Assembly (NCBI RefSeq): GCF_036321535.1
Contig: NC_087437.1
Span: forward strand, 54,314,001-54,378,000
DNA: 64,000 bases
Direction of reading: 5' to 3'
Origin: Camelus dromedarius
Taxonomy: Eukaryota
The position numbers and the translations under genes were made by a program. The notes beneath the pieces were generated by a model that was given only the letters and a program-made list of their open reading frames with translations, had not been told where the DNA came from and did not search any database. Positions 39,436 to 50,500 of the stretch are shown piece after piece; positions within the stretch are counted from its first letter, which is position 1; each line of letters opens with the position of its first letter.

Positions 39436-39445
39436 TATATATATT
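39401..39445. repeat. (TA)n(CA)n microsatellite
   Basis: Directly visible. Confidence 0.95.
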
Positions 39446-39564
39446 CGTGCATTTTACGTATATGGGAATTGAAATAATTTTGCATATGTACAGGTGTGTG
39501 TGTGTGGGCGAGCTTGAGAGAAAAAATTACTTGCCCAGGAGTCAGGAATGAAATGTAAAGAAAA

Positions 39565-39760
39565 AGAATGAATTTTGGAATAAGGCATACACACCTGGGT
39601 TCAAATCCTGACGATGACTCTATGTCTGATTAGCTTTTTGACTTGAGACAAGTTTGAAATTCACTGATGCTTCAATTTCCCCCTATTAAACACGGAAATA
39701 ATGAAAACTCTCCCAGAGGGTTGTTGTGCAAATTAAATCATGCACGCACAATATCGAACA
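39565..39760 (+). mobile_element. MIR SINE
   Basis: acctgggttcaaatcctga ... gacttgagacaagtt ... agggttgttgtgcaaattaaat. Confidence 0.8.
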
Positions 39761-40089
39761 TCCTCTACACTGAGAGGGTGCCGTGGACCCCGTAGATTCT
39801 AACTGAACCTCTCACGCACCGTGTGACCTGGGGCCAGTCCCTCCGGCCCCTGCCATGTATCTTCTCATCTACTGAATGAGAGGAATGGACTCGACTCCTG
39901 GGTTCCTTCCAGCCCCAGGATGCCTGCGTCGGACCTCCCTCGAATGTCTATTTTATGCAAGTACGTGGATTTAAATAATGAGCACGGCCAAGGGGGAGGC
40001 CCCTCAGCCTGGTGTTTGCTCCACTTCCAAAGCGTTTCCTTTCCCTGAACGTGCCATTTGCTGGCTCTCATATTTTCAATACAGGGCCC

Positions 40090-40395
40090 ATTGATGGCTG
40101 TGAAAAGGACCGGCCAGTGCAGCTGCGGGGCCACTCGAGCCCTCGGAGCGAGCGCTCTCAAGCCCGCTCTGTCTGTGAGCTCTGTGTCCTCAGAGCCTGT
40201 TGTTGCAGGGCTGTCTGGAATCCGCAACACCTGCACGTCAGCTTCCTGGGCCCGTCCACTCCCCTCCCCCGCCCCACCCCCCTGCCTCATTTGCATCTGA
40301 AATGCAGCTGCTGGGGCCCCGCAGAGGGGAGCCCGGCGGACTGGACAGCGCCTCGTTTTTTTCTGGTCTCCCTCCCCTGAGTCAGACTGAATCTG
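40090..40395. promoter_or_regulatory. CpG-enriched promoter/enhancer-like element
   Basis: Local CpG excess; CACGTCA 40234-40240, GC box CCCCGCCCC 40267-40275, octamer ATTTGCAT 40289-40296, E-box CAGCTG 40305-40310, AP-1 TGAGTCA 40378-40384. Confidence 0.55.
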
Positions 40396-41019
40396 AACCA
40401 CCTCTGTGAAAGGTCTTTTGTTGCCTCATCATTGTGTTTAAATGAACCTCATCTGCAGGAGAATTTTTTTTAATAAAATAAAATAAAACCACCACAAAGA
40501 ACCAAAGCAGATGACATCTGTTCTTTCGATGAAAGCTTTCTCTGTCCTGAATTAGACTAAAAAAAAGGAGAAAAGAAAAATAGAGAAGATTAGGGCTGGG
40601 CGGCTGGACTTCATTTGTACCATTCCTCCCCAAAACAAAACAAACAAAATTAGTGTCGCTGGGGGCAAAGGAGTGTGGAATGGTTAACAAGGAGAGAAAA
40701 GGAACCCTTCCCGCCTCTCCAGCAAGCCTGCCACGGCACCACACCAAGAGCAGTCAGACACCATTAGTTAAGTGCCACTTATTTTGAAAGAGTGTTCAAA
40801 TTTATATTTTCTATGCTCATTTTATAGGCAAAATATTTAACGACTCTTTAGCCGTTATCCGAGCCTTCCCCGGTCATCTCTCTTGATCAAATGCGGCAGG
40901 TGGGTCTGATGCAGGTGGTGCGTGGAATGTCATTTGAGGAACAACGACCTACATGCCAGTACCCCCAAGTCTTTATCTCCATCTTAGCTCTCGTCTACAC
41001 ATTAACCACCCCCCACCTC

Positions 41020-41760
41020 AGAGCTCACAGGTTGAACTTCACCCCTTCTCTGCCAACACCTGCTTCTCGCACTGGTTTACCTCTTCCCTAAACCTCCAGC
41101 CGCGCTCATTCCTGGGTACCACACTCAGCACTCCCTCCTCCTCCAGCACCCCACATCCAACCCATCACCTGTCCTGCCCGTGTTCCCCTTAAACATCTCT
41201 TGATCCCTCCCCCTCTCCTTCTCCGTTGTCCCTGCCTGGGCCCGGGCCACCTTCATCTCATATGTGTGGCTACCTGTGCCCCACCGGCAGCCAGCATTGC
41301 AATTACTCAAAGAGTGATTACGATCACTCTTTGAGCAAAACACTTGATTCTAGGATAGAATCTAAGTACATCAGCTTGGCTTCCCCTTCTGTTCATGAGC
41401 CAGCCCCTGCCTGCTTCTCTGACTAATCCCACATACTACCCTCCACTCCAGTCCAAGCAAACCTCCTTCAGTCTCTGCCTGGCTTTCACCGGGGGCCTCT
41501 GCATATGCTGGTTTCTCTTTCTAATTCTCTGTATGTAGATTTCCTCTACTTACACTTTAGGTCTCAATTTAAATGCCACTCCTCCAGGAAGCCTTCCCTG
41601 ACCACATCTCTGCCCACCCCCACTCCCCTACAACCTCCACCAAACTAGGTTAGATGCTTCTGCTCTGTGTTCTCAGGGTTGGGTGCTACCCCTCTCAGAG
41701 CCCTTGCTCAATTTATTGTTATTACTTTTTTACTATTCTGTCTTTTCTGCTGAAAAATCA
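41020..41760 (+). mobile_element. L2 LINE fragment
   Basis: aggtctcaatttaaatgccactcctccaggaagccttccctgacc; ggcctctgcatatgctg. Confidence 0.75.
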
Positions 41761-43289
41761 GCAGCAACAGAGTAGGTTTCTCTTATTTGTTCTAATATTA
41801 ACATGGCATGCATCCTTTAACTGATAAACCTCAATGCTTCTGTCCAGTTTTAGCAAAAAGGAAAAAAAAAAGTCATATATTCTCGAAATGGAATTCTTCC
41901 TCTGGGATTTTAGGTGTATTTCAAAATAGCACCAGAAATCTGGACTAGGAAAGTTGTCTACAGCTTCAATTTTATTTCCAGGCCCCAGTCCCACACAACC
42001 GAACTTTGGGGCAAGTTCCAGATAAGAATCTTTCATGTATAAAATTAACCTGATAAACGGAGCCCCTCACCTCTGCCTTGAAGTCCTGGAGATCCTTACC
42101 ACCTGAGGTTTTTTTCTTCTCATCTCCTCCACTGTACCTGAAGTTGGCCAGGGTCCTTCTACAGCATAGGAGATGGCGGAGGAAGGGGAGGTTGAGCAAG
42201 AAAGGGCACCCACTAGCCTTGGTTGCTGACCAAGTGCCAGGTTCTCTTCAGTGTCTGACATCATCTCTCCTCACAGCTCTGTGAGGCAGACACCGTCTTC
42301 CTCCACTCACCATATGGAAAGTGTGGCTCAAACAGGCAAAGTGACTGCCCGTGGTCACACTGCTGTTAATGACAGAACTGGTCCATGAATTCAGATCCAC
42401 CAACTCAAAGCAGCCAACTCTTTGATTCCAGGCTGGCACTTTTCAAGGAGAGGGAGTCCCAGAAGAGGAGTCCAGCACAGAGCTGGGAGCTCTCTCCCAG
42501 CCCGAGAATCTTAGCAGAATCCTACATAGCAGACAAAAAGAAAAGTCAGAGGGGTCAAAAACTAGTTCTATGGGAAAGCATACCGCATTGGAGAGAAGCT
42601 GCTAGAAACGAGAAGGACCTCTCATCCGTTTCAAAAGTCGCCAGGCTAGTCACGTCTCCCACACAGGCATCATATCATCCAAGGCAGATCGTTGCTCTCC
42701 TGTAAGCATCTTCCCACATCCCTCATCCACTTAGTTTCTTGATGGTCAGGGGCCCCACTATTTTAAGAGAACTGATTTAAAAAAAAAATGCCCAGTTGAA
42801 AACCCAGTACAGCAAGCTCAGGGCTCTGTTTTGGTGGTGAGACTTGCTGGTAGATGGGTTGCATCTTCTTTGGTTCTCTTCTGGTCATCTCACATTCTTT
42901 CTAGGATTTTCTCCCTTGGGAAGTGGAAATGGAGCATGTTTGCAAAGTCAGACAGTGGGATGGTTCTACCAAAGACTGCTTTGTTCGCTAGATTGCTAGT
43001 TATGAATGAGTGGAGGAGACTGAATTTGCTTACCATTAAAACCCCTCCGCATACTGGAATTCTAGAGGCAGAAATCTAGCACAGACACAGAGCCAAGATG
43101 GAAATCCAGCGTGAGGTCAGTGCTCCTACTGATTCGTCTTCTGAACTCAAACCACTTCCCTGCTTTCTTGACAAACAGGTGGACCGACTAATAATTATCC
43201 TCTTCTCCCATCCCTTGCTGAAAGGAATCCCGTGGATTCTGAGGAGGCCAAAGAGGAGCAATGAGAGGTGATGGTGGTAGATTAATAAT

Positions 43290-43460
43290 CAGTTGATATT
43301 TATTGAGCACTGAGTATCAGGCATTGCAAAAAGACTGTGACTCATGTGGTTTAACTTAGTCTCAAATGGCTCTCTTAGGTTGATATTTCAAATTCCCATT
43401 TGATAAATAAATCGAAGTTCAGAGATATTCACTGGCTTTCCAGAAGACATGTAGCTTCTT
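43290..43460 (-). mobile_element. MIR SINE
   Basis: atatttattgagcact...caggcattg; cccatttgataaataaatcgaagttcagaga. Confidence 0.65.
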
Positions 43461-44159
43461 TTGACTCTTTATTCTCAACCTTTTTCAGGTTTCTGTATCC
43501 ACCCTGGAAGAAATCTGGGGGCTAAAAAGAAATCAGAGCCATGGGTTCTACAGGAACACACCTGGAGAAACTCTAGGCTCTGGCATCCCAGGGCTGGGAA
43601 GGATGAAGGGAAGGGAGGCTGAGCAGAAACTAGAGGGATGGGATTTGAAGCCTTTTAAGAAAGAGGGAGAACTGTGGTATTTTGCGCTTAGTATCTTGTC
43701 CAATAATCTTTGAGCATCTCTTTTAGTCTCCAAGGTCATTTGGACAATAAGAATCTCCTTGAAGAATGAGGGAGTGAAGAGTGAGCCTTGCACTGTTGCC
43801 TTACGTATTCTCCATGCCTTACCTGGCTTGTTAAAGGCAGAGACAGTAACTGAAGGGACCAGAGGAAACAAGACCCAGCAATGGCGGGGCTACCCTTGTC
43901 CACGCCAGGCAAGGGGTGAAGAATAGGAACTGTGTCTAATCCTTACCACATGAGCCAGGGCACTTTGAACGGTGGGGGGGGGGGGACAAAAAACAAAACC
44001 CTCAGTCTCACATTCCTTCCACATCTAACCAATATCTTAATGTCAGTGTAAAACAAATATCAGAATGAATTCTGTAGCTAGCTGTAGAATATAGATGACT
44101 AGTCCCATTTTATGGCTAAGGAATTTTAAGTATTATGAAAGTCAATGGGTTGCCCATTC

Positions 44160-44700
44160 TTTCTTTCAATAAATATTAATGAAACTCCTACAATACGCCC
44201 AGAAAAGGATACAGTAGCAAATACAGCAGCTAAAAGGCTAATAGACTAATGAGTAAACAGATAATAAAATAAAAATTCAGTGCAGAAATAAATACAGAAT
44301 TACAAATTGTGATATAGTAATATCATACTATATCATAGGGGAAAGCATAGGGAAGTCCTGTCTGAAGAGGTGGCAGTATGCTACGAGCCAGGAAAGGAGA
44401 AGAGGGGCAAGTAGGCAGCAGGAATGGATTGTGCAAAGGACCTGTGGCTGGAAAATAAGCAGGCACTGTAGCAAGGGGATAGGGAAAAAGAAAAGGTCAG
44501 GGGGCAAGGCGGGAGGCATATTGTATAGGGCCTTCTAAGCCATGGCAAGAAATTTAAACTTTCTTCTCAGTAGTGGAATGGGAACACATTGATGGATTTT
44601 AGCCAGGGAAGAGAGGTGATCTGATTAACATTTGTTTAAATTACTCCACTAATTGTGGAAAATGGAGTGGATGAGGATGGGAGACTCTTGCTGAAGTTCC
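44160..44700 (-). mobile_element. L2 LINE fragment
   Basis: ttcaataaatattaatga tail; agggccttctaagccatggcaagaaatttaaactttcttc. Confidence 0.7.
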
Positions 44701-46339
44701 TATAAAAGTAAATGAATCAAGCCCAGGGAAACAAACTCTAGTCCTTGACTCAAACCACAAAAGTCTTTTTTAGAAAGCCCTTACTTTTAATTTATCATTT
44801 AAAAAATATGCCATTTATTAAACAGAATCGTATTTTTTCAAATTTCTTCTCAACTAAAGTCCTAGTGGTTGCTTCAGGGCAATGCCATGTTCAGCTAGCT
44901 TTCTTGGCCCCTTTTTTCTACTTTCCAGGTTTTCCAAGAACAGAGGTCGAGAAGGGTAGTCATAATTGGGGATAAATAAATAGGTCATTTGCATCCGATT
45001 TTCCTACCCAGCCTCAACCTCATTACACAGCAGCAGCAGCAACAAATGTCAGTGGCAGGAAGTACACAACAAGAAGAATCAACCACAATTTTTTTTTTCA
45101 TCCAAACTCACACACACACTGTCACACACACATACAGTGGGTTTGAAGTGGGGGGAAGGGAGGGAGCCAGTTTTCTCACATTTTTAACCAATCGAATCTC
45201 ATGTCAGTCATCAAAACAACAGGCTTTCAGTCAGTTGACCTTTCGTGATGGAGGGTTTTGTGGGGAGTGGAGAGAGAAAGGAGAAAGAAAACTGGGGCTT
45301 TGCCTCATTTGTCATCCTAAGAGTTGAACACTGAATCAGTCTTATGTTACAGACACATTAATTTGATTAAGACACAATCCATGGGTCTTTCAGGCATATA
45401 AAGTACACTTGCTTAATTGCAAAATTAACAGTGAAATAAGATACATCATTACCAGACTGGAGGTTATTCTGGGACTCATGGATTTTTTTTCCCCATTCAA
45501 TTCATTTTCTCCAACTAAAGATGTTTTGGACACTTAGAAGGAAAAATCTGGGCTAAGGCGACAGAATAGGGCACACAAGCACTCAGCTCTCAAGGCATTA
45601 CTGAGCTCACGCTCACTCAGAGCAGGAAGTGCTGGTAGACCCATCTCACAAGAGGTTCCAGCAGTCCCACAGCCTCCGAAGTGTTCATGACCGTCTCAGA
45701 CGCCCAGCACTGCAGGGAGTCATCCATCGCCCCGAGAAATCCACCTTGAAATCTCAAGGCTGCGTCTGTGGTTTCCATTTTCACTCTATCCCTCTTGCCT
45801 GCTGCCTTGTTTCTCTTTAGGAACAGCCTAATTTTCAGGTCCTGGACAACTTTTAGTCAAATATCTTCTATATTCCAGGCACTACGTTCAGTGATGAAAT
45901 ATTAAAAACAAAGACATGCTTCCAAATCTCAACAAGCTTCCCCTCTAGTTGGTCACTGGGTGACTTCTTGGAGAAATGTGACTCCTTCTGTGACTCCTTG
46001 GAGAAACGCCTGGCCACAGTTCAGTGTCCACTGCCGTGCTGTAGCAGAAGCACGCAGAGACATAGGAAAGGAACTGCATCAGGGAACGTGTGGAGGGGAG
46101 GTACGATATGAATTGGCCTGAAGCTCAATTAGGAGTTGCTGGTCATTCAGAGAAGGGGAGGGAGGACACTTCCGGCAGAGGGGACAGAATGAATCAAGGC
46201 AAGGAAGCTTGGGTGCACATGGGGTATGTGGTCACTACTGTGACGTGGCAAGCAGTAGCCAGGTGTTTTTCCCATCTTGAGAGAAAACCTTAGTGACCAA
46301 ACATATACTGCAAATCTGGGAGAGTTATGCAGATATCCC

Positions 46340-46600
46340 ATATGGTATAGAGAGGAAAGAATTCTGGATCGGAATTCAGGAGACCCACTGTTCCTGTGTC
46401 TAACACACTGTGTGACCTTGGACTGGTAATTTCACCTGGCTCTGCCTCAGTCTGTTCATCTGCAAAGTGGGAAAAAAGATCTCTGTCCCAATGACTTCAC
46501 AGGGTGCTTTTGAAGGTTAAGTAGGAGAGTATATGTGAAAGTTTAGCTTCAAATCTTCCAATTCTTTGTGATAAGAGTGTAAAGCACTGGTAGCAAATTG
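46340..46600 (+). mobile_element. MIR SINE
   Basis: actgtgtgaccttggactggtaatttcacctggctctgcctcagtctgttcatctgcaaagtggg. Confidence 0.8.
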
Positions 46601-46769
46601 AAGAAGTTATTAGTCTTATTTCAAATGGGCATCGTCATGACATATTCAGGGACCAACAAGCCAACTAGTGGCTGTAATATAAGGAACATGACTAACTTGG
46701 AGAGACCCTGAATGTGTGTGGATTATATATTTCATTCCATTTAAAAACATGTGTTCACACAAATTTGTG

Positions 46770-46947
46770 TGCAAAAAATTGGCCAGATCTAAGTAAGATC
46801 TGTGGATTGTACCAATGACAATTTCCTGGTTTTGTTATAGTTATTAAGACGCTACCATTGGGGATAAAGAGTACACGGGACTTGTTTGTACTTTTTTTAA
46901 AACTTACTCTGAATCTATAATTATTTCAAAATAAAACAATAATAAAA
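46770..46947 (+). mobile_element. Old L1M 3' end fragment
   Basis: gattgtaccaatgacaatttcctggttttg ... ctaccattgggg ... tgaatctataattatttcaaaataaaa. Confidence 0.8.
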
Positions 46948-49129
46948 GGGGGGGAGAGTGTGTTCATCCATTATTTTACTGATTTAATAGATAAGTAAAA
47001 CTGGCTCATAAAGGACATTCAACGTGAAAAGTAGAATGGTTATGTTTCAAAACTGTTTATTCTGAGCCCTTGCAAATGACCCTGACTGTCCCCATACCAA
47101 CAAGTTCACTATCTGAGAATTTTTGAAAGCCACTATTTAATGACAAACAGGTACCATTTGATTCAGAAAATAAGAGTTTGAAACAGCCTCCAAAGATCCC
47201 TTTCAACTCTAACGCTTCTTAACCATCCTGCACATGGTGCTGCAGCCTGACCCCAGGTCCGAGATGCCCGCATCCAGGCAATCCTGCATGTGGCTTGAAG
47301 AGACTGGAGTTTATGTTATGCTGTGAACACAGACTATACACTCCCTAGAGACGCTGTGAGATGAAACAGAGACATTTCTAGAAGAGCTTTCCACTGGGAC
47401 CCCCAAGTAGTTTGGAGAAAACCAAGGCGTGAGAGAAGCAAACCCACTGCTGTGTTGAAGCGGAGGCTTCATGGTGTGACCCCAAGATCTCAAGATGGCA
47501 GGAATAAGGAAACACCAAAACAATTCACTCTCCGCCTGCACTTCTCTCCCGAGGGGCTTAAAACATTTGATAGACATGGCCCTTTTCATCATTGGCAAGT
47601 TGCTTCATCTTCCAAAACTGCAAAGTTTCCCCTTCCCTTCTTTTTAAGGAATGTTGAGCAGGTCAAGCAAGAAGCCCTTTGAAAATGGCTCTGTCTGTGG
47701 CGATCACTGCTTAGAGACAGTGTTCCCTCCCTCAACATTTGTTCCCCTCTTCCCTGATGGCAATGACATCTCTGTGTTCCCCTTCTGTCGCACAGAGGAG
47801 AATAGACAGGTCCACATTGCAAGCCCAGAGGCTTGGGTGGAGGAGACAGCTCTGCTGTGTGTCTTTGAGCAAATTAATTGACGTTTCTGGCTTAGATCTT
47901 TTTCACCAGTATCCTCAGACAGTAGGCATGCCCTCTAATACTCTTTCCAGTCTGACACCTTGTAAAACTAGGGGTCTTCTGATTGTACTGTTGGAACTTA
48001 GGAATTACCAAGAACCATGAAGAGGAAGTTCGTAGCTGCCACCTCTGCTTCCTCATCTCTAAAATGAGGATAATGACACCTAATTTGTAGGGTGGTGGGA
48101 AAGATTATATATAATAATAGCACCATGTCTGGCACCCAGTAGGTGCCCCATAAATGGAGGTTTTAAAATCAAAACCTAAAGATTTCTGTCTCAGCGTCTG
48201 CCAGCCTGATATTTCATCTTTGCCATCCTGGGCATCTATGTGGCTGGAGCACACGGCCCTGACTTGCTGCTGGCCGCTGTGAGCTCTAAATCCAAGCATT
48301 AGAACCACGCACCAGGGCCTTCTATTCCATCCAGAAGCCACTTTGGAAAGTCTGTGAAGGTTTTTTGTTCATTTTGACTGGAACTTTATGCCTGTGGGTG
48401 TCTGGTAGCCCCAGACGTCGGCGCAAGAGCCCAAGGGAGGCCTCTTCACAAAGATCAGCCACTTGCTCCGCCACGCTGAGCCCACAGACCCTTCCTCGAC
48501 CCTCTGTGACTGCGAAGGTGGGGAGTGCAGAGGCCCGGGAGCCGGAAGCAGGGAGCCGATGTCCTTCTGTGTCTGCTGTGCCAAGCTGTGGTCCTTCAGG
48601 GTGATGAGCACTTGAGAAGGGCGAGTCTTCATCACAACAGTGATGACCATGCCGACACCCGTGCAGGCTGAAAGCCTTAGAAATCTGTCTCACAGGCTCA
48701 GAATCCCCACCCCCTGCAGAACCTGGAAAAAAAAAAAAACCAGAAAATTCCACTTGCTTTTTCCTATTTAATGAGGTCGAACATTCTTAAGGAATGAGAA
48801 GCACAGCTCCAGCCTCGCTTTTAATTAGCTTCAGGAGCCCTTGTTTCAAACTAGCCTCATTCCCAAAGCTATTCTCTCTCAGCTCTGAATGAGATGGAAA
48901 TTCAATTGCATTCCCCTTGTCAAATCATAATAAGATGTTCCCTCCCCCTCAAGGTCACATGGGGAAAGACACTCAGTCACCAGACTGACACTGCACTTTT
49001 TGACCCCAGCAGGACACCAGAACTTGGAAAGGGCAGTTTAAAGAACGCTAGTTTGACCAAACTTGGTGATGTTTTTCTTTCTTTTTTCCCCTTTTGTAAA
49101 CCACCATGTGAACTTGGGCTGCTACCACC

Positions 49130-49690
49130 ACGTGTACAGTGGGAAAAAAAAATATGGACTTTAGAGCCAAAGGGACCAGGATCCAATCCTGCCTCTTCAT
49201 CTGAGTGCCAATGAAAGTTAACTAAACACTCGGAGCCTCTATCCCCTCATTTATGAAGCAGAAATCAATGTCTACCTTGTAGGATGACTGGAGGAGCCAA
49301 ATGAAACACCGGGAGTTAAATACAAGCCCCAGATATGATCAACACTCAATAAATATTGTTCCTCTTTCCGCTCCTCTAAAGGACAGAGTGAATCACCCCT
49401 GGCTTTGTCAGTTTCACTAGGTTGAAATAATGACCGGAAGGGATCGCATGTATTCAGAGGCTAGGAGCCTGGGTCCTGTAGTTGGAGGTGAGGGTTCACA
49501 TCCCAGTCCTGCCCCCTCCTGTCTGTGCCACCTTGGACAAGTTCCAGAGCCTCACAGTTTCCTCATATTGAAAGTGGGGGTTTTATCAGTAACTTCTCCA
49601 TAGGATTACTGTAAGGACTAACAGAGGTAGTGTCCTAAAAGGCCCTGGCCTGGTGCCTGGCACATGGCACGGGTGCGATAAATATCAGCT
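49130..49690 (+). mobile_element. Two tandem MIR SINEs
   Basis: ggactttagagccaaa...cactcaataaatattg; ccttggacaagtt...agtttcctcatattgaaagtgggg...gtgcctggcacatgg. Confidence 0.8.
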
Positions 49691-50274
49691 GATAAGAGCA
49701 GCGGCGGCATCTGAGAGTGTGTTGTAAAACCTAAAAACCTTCTAAGACTGCCATCTCAAATCCCTTTTGGAAGAAATGTGCCGGTGCTTATGTAAATGTA
49801 AGTGGTTATTATTTATGTAGGAGAACATTACTGAGTATAATACAGGAAGAGGGAGAGAACAATACTGAGAAAGAAAAAAAATTTACGATGTGCTTCAAAG
49901 GGGAAAGAGGAGAAAATAACTTCTCACCCAGCACCGCAGAAGCAGCCCATACATCAGCTCCAAGCTGTCTGCGTGCAAAGATTGCGTCAATAGAGCCTTC
50001 TCCAAAGAAAGAAAAAAAGGGGGGGGGGAGAAAAGGAAAAGGGAAGAAAACTCCATTCTATTTCCTCTAAAATTAATCTTCAGGCTGTATTTATCCAACA
50101 GGATCTTACTAAACACTGACCCCAAGGGAGATGCGGGGACACTGTGGTTCTTCCTTCAGGGAATCTGAAGTCTAATGAGGACTTTACAACAAGTACATAA
50201 ATAACTAAAGGCAGAAAGTGAAGTGTCATGAATCATCATCCTCACCATTATTAGAAATCTCTTTTTTTATGGAA

Positions 50275-50500
50275 TTCCCTACACTTAATATACCATCCTT
50301 TTTCTGCAAAGAATTTTGGACAATTTATAACATTAAAGATAATATACACTGGGGTTTAAAAAGCTAGAACTAGAAATTCAGGTGAAAGTAAAAAAAAATG
50401 GCAAAGGCTAATATAATTGTTAAATTAAGTATCACATTCAACTCAGCTTCCTGGAAGTCAGGGCAAAATGGGAAACACATTATTATAATTTAATATTTCC
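50275..50500 (-). mobile_element. L4/RTE-X LINE remnant
   Basis: ctgcaaagaattttggacaattta ... agcttcctggaagtcagggcaaaatgggaaac. Confidence 0.45.

Noticed and set aside
39865..40401. 178-aa minus-strand ORF over the CpG-rich patch
   Set aside because: GC-rich DNA is poor in stop codons and the peptide has no recognisable homology; a regulatory role fits better
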